Positions 25,565 to 37,409 of a DNA stretch of 55,893 bases are shown here, piece after piece (position 1 is the stretch's first letter; every line of letters begins with the position of its first letter). Under the pieces are notes generated by a model. That model did no database searches, had not been told where the DNA came from, and worked only from the letters and a program-made list of their open reading frames with translations. Source of the stretch: Nemertoderma westbladi. Taxonomy: Eukaryota; Animalia; Xenacoelomorpha. The stretch spans positions 1-55,893 of the forward strand of contig JAUCBJ010006972.1 of assembly GCA_032718475.1 (NCBI GenBank), read 5' to 3'. The position numbers were made by a program, and so were the translations under genes.

Positions 25565-26515
25565 TTAAAATAATAATATCCGATAAAAAAAGTTTCTGAA
25601 AGAATTCCATGCCATGAATTCAAAACAGCTGAATCGTATGCCAAGGCTCGCCGACTACGTGTCTCGCCCCACAGTCACACTGTAAATAACACTGAAAATT
25701 CCAAAATATTTTCCTTTGACTTACATGTATTTAAAGTGATATAAAAAAAATTCCTCAAGGCGAGGCACTGGAGGCACGTTATAATATTATTCTAAGATCA
25801 ATTATTCGTCGAATAATACCAAATTTAGCCTTTATTGTATTTTATTCCGGGTTTGGCTAGTTTTGAGCCTAATTTGACTACAACACTAATCGATATTAAT
25901 ATATTCTGCCCTCCTGTATTGAGTATTGAGTAAACCGGAAAATTGGTACAAAACTCTATAGAGATTTTGAACATTTTAGAAATTTTTATATAACTTTTGG
26001 ATTGTAAATTTTTTATATAAATTTGGATAGAGCTGATTTGTTTAGATGGTCTTAAACATAGCAACGGAGGAAATTGCCATAGCAACAGCTCTTATAGTAG
26101 ATCTCATATGACGAGTTAAAATTTATGACAGATTACTATTTTGGATGTGAAGAATTTAATGGCATATTATTTTTTTTTGAAAATACCATAGCAACCAAGT
26201 GAAAACGACCTTCAAAGTTAGCAGTATTTATAATGTCCGTAGCAACGGGCATTAAACGGGGGCAATGCATAGGCAGTGGTCGTAGCGTTATCGGATCAGA
26301 GTCTACCACCAATATATCAAGTATTGCAGTTGCCATGGCAAGGGGTAACTTTGACTAGAAACGGGCTATACATTAGCCGTAGCGTCATTAAATCAATGAT
26401 CGATTATAAGGAAAAATATGCAATATTATGTTTCAGTTTCTAGATGCCATGGCACCACCGTCAAAATTGTTGACAGTGTTTTTCATGTCATTTAGTCGTT
26501 TAGCTGTTTTCACTA

Positions 26516-27305
26516 CGCACCGTGTCCCAGAATATAGTGTCGTAATTCAGTGACAACCCCCCCCCCCCCCCCAAATGTTTCTACAAATCTTAATTAGATT
26601 GCATGAAATTTGAAACAGAGATAGTTTCACCTCCCAACCACTGACTGGGTGAGCCAGAATTTTTATTTTTGCTTTCAATCTTTAGCTAGAAGCGTTTAAA
26701 AAAGTGTCTCCGTCGATATTGCACCAGTTACACCGCAGTTATGGCGCTGGCCCTACAATGATTCCAAATATGTAAGACAATTTGAATTTTGTTGGTAGTA
26801 AATAGTTTAGGAGATTTGAGCGTTCAAATGTTGCATGGTTTTGCCCTGCGCGAGGTTATTTTATTCTATTTAATAAATAAACCATATTCTGGAACACTTT
26901 TTAAAATGTACGAATAGCTATGTAATGTGTGATTAAAGATGTAACGAATTGTTATCCAGCTACGTATTTGGATAAACAAAATATTCCAGATTATGATGCA
27001 TTTTATTAAATAGAATACAATAGCCTCGCGCAGGTGCAAAACAATGCAACATTTGAACGCTCATATCTCAGCTATTTTTCAACGAAATTCAAATTGTGTT
27101 ACATATTTGGAATCTACTCTATTTGTAGCTATAAAGATTGAAAGCAAAAATAAAAATTCTGGCTCACCCAGTCAGTGGTCGGGAGGTGAAACTATCTCTG
27201 TTTCAAATTTCATGCAATCTCATTAAGAATTGTAGAAAAATTAGGGGGGGGGGGGGGGGGGGGGGGTGTCACTGAATTACGACACTATATTCTGGGACAT
27301 GGTGT
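26516..27305. mobile_element. Foldback MITE with ~350-bp inverted arms, Tc1/mariner-like ends
   Basis: CACCGTGTCCCAGAATATAGTGTCGTAATTCAGTGAC mirrored by GTCACTGAATTACGACACTATATTCTGGGACATGGTG|TA; the arms stay complementary inward to ~26880 / 27000. Confidence 0.85.
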
Positions 27306-28116
27306 ATATAAGAGCGCATTTAGGAAGATAAGTGAGGTTGACATGTTACGTATATTTAAGATATATTACATTTGTCACCACTTATGCTCTATAACATTAT
27401 TGAATAAATGAAATTAAATTGTGTCAAGAATCGCAATTACGACAGTAATCAGTGCATTAAGCCTACAGGAACAAGAACAGTCCGACCGTCAACCGCTAGG
27501 AGGCTACATCTCATAACATTAAATGCCCTTCCATTTCTTTGCTTTTAATCTGTTCTAGATGAAACTTGACGAGACAATCAGCTGTATATTTCAAGGGAGG
27601 ATAATCCGTCTGCAGTTCTCAAGTCTACCGCAAGAGGGCGAAATGTCTAATAGTGAAATCTAATCCCTTCAAGTTGGAATTTGAGAGATAAGTACTAAAT
27701 GTGAGATATGTACAGCCGCCGTCTCTCTGGGGACGGTAATCGATCTGCCGCTAGAGGAGATATCTGAAAATGATAAGCTTCCCCATTTCGTTGATCTTAA
27801 TCCGTTTAAGCTAAATTTTGGCCTGGTTTGATAATGTTCTAGTCCACGGGCTGCGACATTGTGTGAGGAGGTTGATCAGGCAGCAGTTCTCCTTCTGCCG
27901 CTAGAGGAAGCATGTGCCATATTTCATCCTATCTTACGTTTGAAAGAACCTTATAAATTCGATTGCTTTCTTTTATAGTGAAAACAGCTAAGTGACATGA
28001 AAAGCACTTTGCAACAATTCCGTCGAGTTGCCATGGTATATAGAAACTAAAACATATTTTTCCATATACTCAATATAACAGTAGTGGGGGTTTAAATTTT
28101 GGATAAAGATGTGTTT

Positions 28117-31100
28117 GGATTACAAGGAATCCGGGGTTGGATTACAAGGAATCCAGGGTTGGATTACAAGGAATCCAGGGTTGGATTACAAGGAATCCAG
28201 GTTTGGATTACAAGGAATCCGGGGTTGGATTACAAGGAATCCAGGGTTGGATTACAAGGAATCCGGGTTGGATTACAAGGAATCCGGGGTTGGATTACAA
28301 GGAATCCGGGGTTGGATTACAAGGAATCTAGGGTTGGATTACAAGGAATCCAGGTTTGGATTACAAGGAATCCGGGGTTGGATTACAAGGAATCCAGGTT
28401 TGGATTACAAGGAATCCAAGGTTGGATTACAAGGAATCCAGGGTTGGATTACCAGGAATCCAGGGTTGGATTACAAGGAATCCAGGGTTGGATTACAAGG
28501 AATCCAGGGTTGGATTACAAGGAATCCAGGGTTGGATTACAAGGAATCCAGGGTTGGATTACAAGGAATCGCGGGTTGGATTACAAGGAATCCGGGGTTG
28601 GATTACAAGGAATCCAGGGTTGGATTACAAGGAATCCAGGGTTGGATTACAAGGAATCCAGGGTTGGATTACAAGGAATCCGGGGTTGGATTACAAGGAA
28701 TCCGGGGTTGGATTACAAGGAATCCAGGGTTGGATTACAAGGAATCCAGGTTTGGATTACAAGGAATCCAGGGTTGGATTACAAGGAATCCAGGGTTGGA
28801 TTACAAGGAATCCAAGGGTTGGATTACAAGGAATCCAGGGTTGGATTACAAGGAATCCAGGGTTGGATTACAAGGAATCCAGGGTTGGATTACAAGGAAT
28901 CCGGGGTTGGATTACAAGGAATCCAGGGTTGGATTACAAGGACTCCAGGGTTGGATTACAAGGAATCCAGGGTTGGATTACAAGGAATCCAGGGTTGGAT
29001 TACAAGGAATCCAGGGTTTGATTATCAGGAATCCGGGGTTGGATTACAAGGAATCCAGGGTTGGATTACAAGGAATCCGGGTTGGATTACAAGGAATCCA
29101 GGGTTGGATTACAAGGAATCCAGGGTTGGATTACAAGGAATCCAGGGTTGGATTACAAGGAATCCAGGGTTGGATTACAAGGAATCCAGGGTTGGATTAC
29201 AAGGAATCCAGGGTTGGATTACAAGGAATCCAGGGTTGGATTACAAGGAATCCAGGGTTGGATTACAAGGAATCCGGGGTTGGATTACAAGGAATCCAGG
29301 GTTGGATTACAAGGAATCCAGGGTTGGATTACAAGGAATCCAGGGTTGGATTACAAGGAATCCAGGGTTGGATTACAAGGAATCCAGGGTTGGATTACAA
29401 GGAATCCGGGGTTGGATTACAAGGAATCCAGGGTTGGATTACAAGGAATCCAGGGTTGGATTACAAGGAATCCAGGGTTGGATTACAAGGAATCCAGGGT
29501 TGGATTACAAGGAATCCAGGGTTGGATTACAAGGAATCCGGGGTTGGATTACAAGGAATCCAGGGTTGGATTACAAGGAATCCAGGGTTGGATTACAAGG
29601 AATCCAGGGTTGGATTACAAGGAATCGCGGGTTGGATTACAAGGAATCCAGGGTTGGATTACAAGGAATCCAGGGTTGGATTACAAGGAATCCAGGGTTG
29701 GATTACCAGGAATCCAGGGTTGGATCACAAGGAATCCAGGGTTGGATTACAAGGAATCCAGGGTTGAATTATAAGGAATCCAGGGTTGGATAACAAGGAA
29801 TCGCGGGTTGGATTACAAGGAATCGCGGGTTGGATTACAAGGAATCCAGGGTTGGATTACAAGGAATCCAAGGTTGGATTACAAGGAATCTAGGGTTGGA
29901 TTACAAGGAATCCAGGGTTGGATTACAAGGAATCCGGGGTTGGATTACAAGGAATCCAGGGTTGGATTACAAGGAATCCGGGGTTGGATTACAAGGAATC
30001 CAGGGTTGGATTACAAGGAATCCCGGGTTGGATTACAAGGAATCCAGGGTTGAATTATAAGGAATCCAGGGTTGGATAACAAGGAATCGCGGGTTGGATT
30101 ACAAGGAATCCGGGGTTGGATTACAAGGAATCCAGGGTTGGATTACAAGGAATCCAAGGTTGGATTACAAGGAATCCAGGGTTGGATTACAAGGAATCCG
30201 GGGTTGGATTACAAGGAATCCGGGGTTGGATTACAAGGAATCCAGGGTTGGATTACAAGGAATCCAGGGTTGGATTACAAGGAATCCAGGGTTGGATTAC
30301 AAGGAATCCAGGGTTGGATTACAAGGAATCCAAGGGTTGGATTACAAGGAATCCAGGGTTGGATTACAAGGAATCCAAGGTTGGATTACAAGGAATCCAG
30401 GGTTGGATTACAAGGAATCCGGGGTTGGATTACAAGGAATCCAGGGTTGGATTACAAGGACTCCAGGGTTGGATTACAAGGAATCCCGGGTTGGATTACA
30501 AGGAATCCAGGGTTGGATTACAAGGAATCCAGGGTTTGATTATCAGGAATCCGGGGTTGGATTACAAGGAATCCAGGGTTGGATTACAAGGAATCCCGGT
30601 TTGGATTACAAGGAATCCAGGGTTGGATTACAAGGAATCCAGGGTTGGACTACAAGGAATCCAGGGTTGGATTACAAGGAATCCAGGGTTGGATTACAAG
30701 GAATCCAAGGTTGGATTACAAGGAATCTAGGGTTGGATTACAAGGAATCCAGGGTTGGATTACAAGGAATCCGGGGTTGGATTACAAGGAATCCGGGGTT
30801 TGATTATCAGGAATCCGGGGTTGGATTACAAGGAATCCAGGGTTGGATTACAAGGAATCCCGGTTTGGATTACAAGGAATCCAGGGTTGGATTACAAGGA
30901 ATCCAGGGTTGGACTACAAGGAATCCAGGGTTGGATTACAAGGAATCCAGGGTTGGATTACAAGGAATCCAAGGTTGGATTACAAGGAATCTAGGGTTGG
31001 ATTACAAGGAATCCAGGGTTGGATTACAAGGAATCCGGGGTTGGATTACAAGGAATCCGGGTTGGATTACAAGGAATCCAGGGTTGGATTACAAGGAATC

Positions 31101-31708
31101 CAGGTTTGGATTACAAGGAATCCAGGGTTGGATTACAAGGAATCCAGGGTTGGATTACAAGGAATCCAGGGTTGGATTACAAGGAATCCAGGGTTGGATT
31201 ACAAGGAATCCAGGGTTGGATTACAAGGAATCCAGGGTTGGATTACAAGGAATCCAGGGTTGGATAACAAGGAATCGCGGGTTGGATTACAAGGAATCGC
31301 GGGTTGGATTACAAGGAATCCAGGGTTGGATTACAAGGAATCCAGGGTTGGATTACAAGGAATCGCGGGTTGGATTACAAGGAATCCAGGGTTGCATTAC
31401 AAGGAATTGAGGGTTGGATTACAAGGAATCCAGGGTTGGATTACCAGGAATCCAGGGTTGGATCACAAGGAATCCAGGGTTGGATTACAAGGAATCCAGG
31501 GTTGGATTACAAGGAATCCGGGGTTGGATAACAAGGAATCCAGGGTTGTATTACAATGAATCAAGGGTTGGATTACAAGGAATCCAGGCTTGGATTACAA
31601 GGAATCGCGGGTTGGATTACAAGGAATCCAGGGTTGGATTACAAGGAATCCAGGGTTGGATCACAAATAATCCTGGGTGGATCACGGAATATAATGTATC
31701 CAGGGATT
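28117..31708. repeat. Tandem array, 22-bp unit GGATTACAAGGAATCCAGGGTT, ~160 copies
   Basis: Head-to-tail repeats; degenerate after ~31660; source of all the GLQGIQGWITRNPGLDYKESRV ORFs. Confidence 0.98.
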
Positions 31709-34700
31709 GATTCAGATACAATTAATTGAGATACAATTAAAAAATCAATGTTGATTTTCTCCAATGCAGTACCTAGTACCTATATTACAATATTAATTTG
31801 TATCCTGTTTATTTGCACACAAAGTAATGTTTGCTATGTATGGTAAACTGGAACAAATTGTTATACACAGGTATATGTTATATACACATTAAAGACAGAT
31901 AGAGAGATATGATGAGCACCATCTTAGAATAACATAATTTATCGTATCAGTTATATCGTCACAGAAGTACGGAGGACAGATTGTGTCTCAAACAATAATT
32001 TAATAAGTAACAATCTACAACAATACGGATATACTAATGATAAATAATAATATACATAATTAATATTGTAAACTCATTAAAACTAATCAAAATCTCGGCT
32101 GACTTACAATTAGGAATGATATAAAACAGTGTGAAAGGGTATTATAATATATTTACTACAAAAACAGTAAAAATGTTTCATCTATATTATATATTTTTAT
32201 AATATAATATAGAAAACTAGTTTAACTACAAGTACTCATTTACATGTGTAAATGGTGAGGTATGTATTGCATTAAATTAATATGCACATTCTGGTTTTCA
32301 ACCAGGATGTGAAAATTAGATTTTCAACACAAAGTATATCAATAGTTGAAACACTGTCAAGAAACGGATTCCCCAAATTTTTTTTAAAAATACATAAACT
32401 TCCTAGAAAACGGACCAGGACGGGTGTCGAGTCAAAACTGCCAAATGTTTGAACAACTGTTACCAGACCAGGTCTGCGTGTTACCTGGCGGTTCTATTGT
32501 ATAATTCAACTTGCGGAGACAAAAATGTCGCCTTCAAAATTTACTAAAAAAACTTGCGTGGAATAAACTACGGTATAGTTTTTGTAGGAGTGACGTCACG
32601 ACAGGAAGAAAACTAACAGAAATGATATATCAGCATTCAGCACTGAGTTCGTGGCATAAAAAAATGTACCCCCCCCCCCCCCCCCCACACACACACACAG
32701 TTATTGTTAATGTAAAGTACTTATAGCGAGAGAGATAGATGTAAGGCAGATTAATCAGCTTGAGACACAAACTGTCCTTCTTATAGAAATAACAAAATGT
32801 ATTTGTAACCGGTTTAAAGTGAAATTAACTTATATATTTTAATTAAATTCATTTCATAAAAACAAAAAAAAAACATAAATTGCTTTAGTAATTACATTAC
32901 AAAATGTTTACCGGTAAAGTAATATAAACTACTTTACTTTATATTACTGTTATGCACTTTACCCAAGAGCATAATAATTCATTTATTAGAACCTTGGCAG
33001 CAGTAAGTAGTTCAATTCAATAACCATAATTTCATAATCTTTAATTGAGATAAATAAAATTTCGTTAATTAAAATTTGGGCGTAAAAACTGTAATATAAA
33101 TCAGGACAATTTAAACCGGTTGTAATAAACTTAGGACGATATAGCACACTTTACGTTGCTTACTTTCTATAAGTGGGATTGTCCCGACATAAATGGAAAC
33201 AATGAAAAATACCACAATTAATTAAATATTATTTATATACTGGCAGCCAAGAGAAAACATCTGCACACTACCACATCGATACACTGAAATAAAACGGGAA
33301 AGGTTGATGCAAGCGAGGTTTCTCTCACAGCACAAATGCAATTGTCAAACTATTACGGCGTCTAAACTATAAAAAAAAGCGACATAGCTTACAGTTTGAG
33401 TTCAATTTCCAACCGGAATACTGTCTATGGGAATAACGGATTATCAAAAATAATATGTGCAGAGGGCGTAGTGGGGACACAACACATTTATTAGTAGTGG
33501 GAAAATTCTAATTTATAAAGTAAAATATAGTCAATATCGTCTGACGATCAAAATACTAAAAAGCATAGCAATTAATTTATATTATAGCTTCATAATTGTT
33601 AAAATAGTAGCAGTTTAGCTTGACTACTTAAATTAATTCTTACATGATTGGGAAAAAATACATACAATTAAAATAAGGTTGCTGGTTTACCTCATCTAAA
33701 CATACAAGTAAAATAAAGAAAATATCTAACATCGCTTTACTTTACAAGGCAAATGAGGAGTTGAGTAATCCTCAGTTATATAGCAAAGGTAGGCGGCACT
33801 CATACTAAGGGAGGGAGATAGTAAATTAATAGCAGAGAAAGTGTAGTTGTTAAAATATCATGGTATTGGGAAGTATTGCACGGTAGGCAATAATAATACT
33901 TAGTCTTATATTTCTGGGGTGGGGAGGGTGGGGGGGGGGGGGGTCACTCAAACTACAGTAGGAAGAAGGTATCATGGGTCTAACTATATACGACAATCCG
34001 TTTGAAATATCGCGCGGTGTGAAACCATAATATCACTGAGTTGAGATGGGGGCATTCATAACCGCCGACAAACTTAGATATTATACAAACGTTTAAATCG
34101 TAAATCCAGATGAATTAAAGAAGATCCAATGATAACTAACATTCCATTGAGAATGAGTTTATTTATATACGAGTGTTTGAAAAAATAAGTTGTATATACA
34201 TTGTAAACTTTTATTCAAAAACCACTATTTGAACTTTCCACGGTATTTATTGTAGTAACAATAAGGTGTTGGTGTTGGCACGCTAAAATTAATAACCCTA
34301 GAACAGTTCCTATAATGTATATAACGGTATTTATGTGCGCGGAAGTGATCAATGTATGTTATAATTTACTACCTTACTTTTAAGGGGACATACTTTTTTA
34401 TTGAACATTGCCATAAAGCACAGTAACAGCCAGTATAAATTGTTTAGAATTACATAATCCAACCACGTTAATAAAAATCACCTTTTGAATTTTGATACAA
34501 ACGCTGTAAACATTAGATTTGTTACCCTGCAGGTAACTGCCAAGAGAGAGTAGCCCTTGGGCTGCTGCCGGTGTTTCGTGTTTCAAGTCCGCCTATAGCT
34601 TTACTTATTAACCTTATTAATCGATAAAGGCTGAAAAGCAATTAGCAATTAGGCGTTAATTGAATGAAACAAACACAATAATAGCCGCAGGTCATTAACA

Positions 34701-37409
34701 GGCGATGCAAACTGGTATGGTTGGTATATGTGAATTTGAAACCTGTCGACTCAGTAGCTGGACATATTGGAAATATAATAGATCACAACAGCATTATGGA
34801 AGTACGTTGGACTTTGCATTAATTCAAGGGTATTACACAGCGCACACGACATCTTATCTAAAACAAACGCAATGACACTGACATGACAAACACCCCCTTA
34901 CCCCCCTCCCTGCCAACACAATCGACTTACATTATTGATGTCCGACTATTAACGACTGGCCGAGCTGGGTATTAGTGTAACAAACATTGCGCAATCTTAA
35001 TAAGAGTACACAGTTGGGTAATATCTCACAATCACAGATAATGGCGTGTGGGTATAAGCGTCGTTTATAATACCGGAAAATGGCACATTCGCGAGAAGAT
35101 ATTGATCGATTCAACACTAATAAAAAAAAGGACTTGGCCAAGGTATAAGAGCATATGAAGGGAACACATTAACTACATGATAATGGAATTACCCGCACAG
35201 AATAACTAATATCGAGTTTAGCATAGTAAGAGGAAACTGTGAAATACTCAATACCGAGGGGCATTGGATATTCAACCTTACGAAATAGAAACTGGTATTA
35301 TTATGAATTCCTGAATTGATATCATTATATACGCGAATAATAATAAATCATAATGATACGGCAACCTAATGGGTGTATGCGAGCGAGAGATACTGGTTTT
35401 GCATTGCGACGTCGTAGTAATTACATTCACCACCACTATAGACGGCAGCTGTGTGGAGAGAATACCGAACCAGCTTGACTGCATTGTTACGCCAAATAGC
35501 AATGTAGCGCTGAGCGAGCAAGGCAGGGAAAACAGAGAAAAGATTAGGACTGCCATATGCTGTTACTTACTACATTAGTGTGGAGAGATGGGGAGTATTA
35601 TTTGAGCAAGGAGAGAGAACTAAACTACAGTGTGAAGAGGAGAGAACGTGATAGATGGTAGAAAGCTGTGCTGAAAACTTTGAGTGGGAAATCTAGCTTA
35701 GCAGCAAAAAAACATGCAATTAGCAGCAATACACGTATTTGTAAATCAGGAAGGTGTGCAACACTAAACTAATGTTACATTTTGAGAAAAATATACAACA
35801 CTACATTAGTTTGTTGACAACAACTATATAGGCCGCAGGAAGCTATGTCTAATAGCTAACAACTACATGTTATTAAGTATAATATTATAGGAACGCACTG
35901 CAATAAATATAATAATCACTGGATAGAATGTACAGTACATATTTAGCAACAACGGTATAATAATAATATAAACCGCATTTAATCTAAATAATAAGTCTAA
36001 AATGTTTATGAAGTAAATGTATTTAGCCACAGAAATATTTTGTATCCTGATAAAAATGTAAGGAAATTGAATGTTGTTTCTATTATATAATATGACCGTA
36101 TACATTTTTTAGGAACAAACTTTGCACCAAATTATTTGAAATTGGAATACAGTTCCATGGATGAAGGAGCAAATACTAAACCTGGAGAAAATAGATCTGA
36201 ATAAATTAAATAAATTTCGGCGAAGAAAAGGCACTGAAATTATTGTAGATTAGATTCTGTTTTGAATTTGTCAAAAATAATAATTAAATTAAGGTGGTTA
36301 CTAATAATAACAAGGGTTGGGTAGGATTCCAGACAAATTTACCGTGTTTAACACACGTATATTGCAGCGGGAAGATTCGTGCGAAACGAACAAACATGTT
36401 TATCATTTGTACTAATCATTTCACAAAGACGACTTAACTTATTATATATTTACTAACTGAGTTCGGCACCAAATGTAATGGAAATTTGCTTGAAATATAT
36501 TATACGAATACGAAATTAAATCAATAGAATACAACTGCCAAAAACGTACATATAATAATATAATATAATATATATATATAGCATAACTTTGTAATACCAA
36601 AAATAACATTTATAAATGTTAGTAACACTAAAACTACCTTTGGTGTTAAACAAATTAATGTGAGTGTGGGATGTGGGGTAGCCCTTTGATAATTAAAACA
36701 TTCAAAATATATGCTTTGTCGGAAAGTTCCACCCTCCACAATAAAGCATTAAAATATATATCTTAAACACAAACCGCGGAAGATATCAGATTAAAATATT
36801 TTTTTTATAATTTTACAATAAAACGCTGACAAGGCAATTTCCCCCCATCTGTGCGCTATAGGATATACGTGTCACTAGCCGACTATCAGTGAAACTGGTA
36901 GATTCGAAAAAAAGAGTAGCATTTCCGAGAGAAGTATACTTCCGACGTATATAATAAAAGAGGAGTACAGAAGTAGAATCGATTATAAAATACCAGGGGT
37001 TCTGTACTCGTAGCACCTCAATTAGTAGCGATATTTAGCACTGGGAGTGGATACAAAACGAATTAGGATCTGAAGTTAGTTGTATAAAGAAAAGATTATG
37101 AAACAATTTAAAACCTATACGTTAACTTCTTAACTAAATTACTGCATAATCGTGGTCACTAGGTAATATCAGGATACCTGCTATAAAAATTGAAACACCG
37201 TTTACACACACACACGAAAATATAAAAAATTACCACAAAACTGCTTGAAATGTAAAAAAAACTGTTTGGTGAAAAGGAAATGCTGCGATTTTTTAATAAA
37301 TTTATCTACCAGAATCAAAAATATTGCCATCAACCACGACATGTATCGAATAACGCGACAGAAGGGCGGTCCGAGTTAAACGTGGTCGGTGAGGGGGGTG
37401 GGCGGGGGG

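Noticed and set aside
28117-31708. Interstitial telomeric repeat
   Set aside because: Only one AGGGTT per 22 bp and no (TTAGGG)n tracts.
28099-31710. Long repeat-protein genes, collagen-like or FLAG-like (DYK) ORFs
   Set aside because: Automatic result of a stop-free 22-mer; starts are TTG/GTG, there is no Gly-X-Y periodicity, and DYK is not followed by DDDDK.
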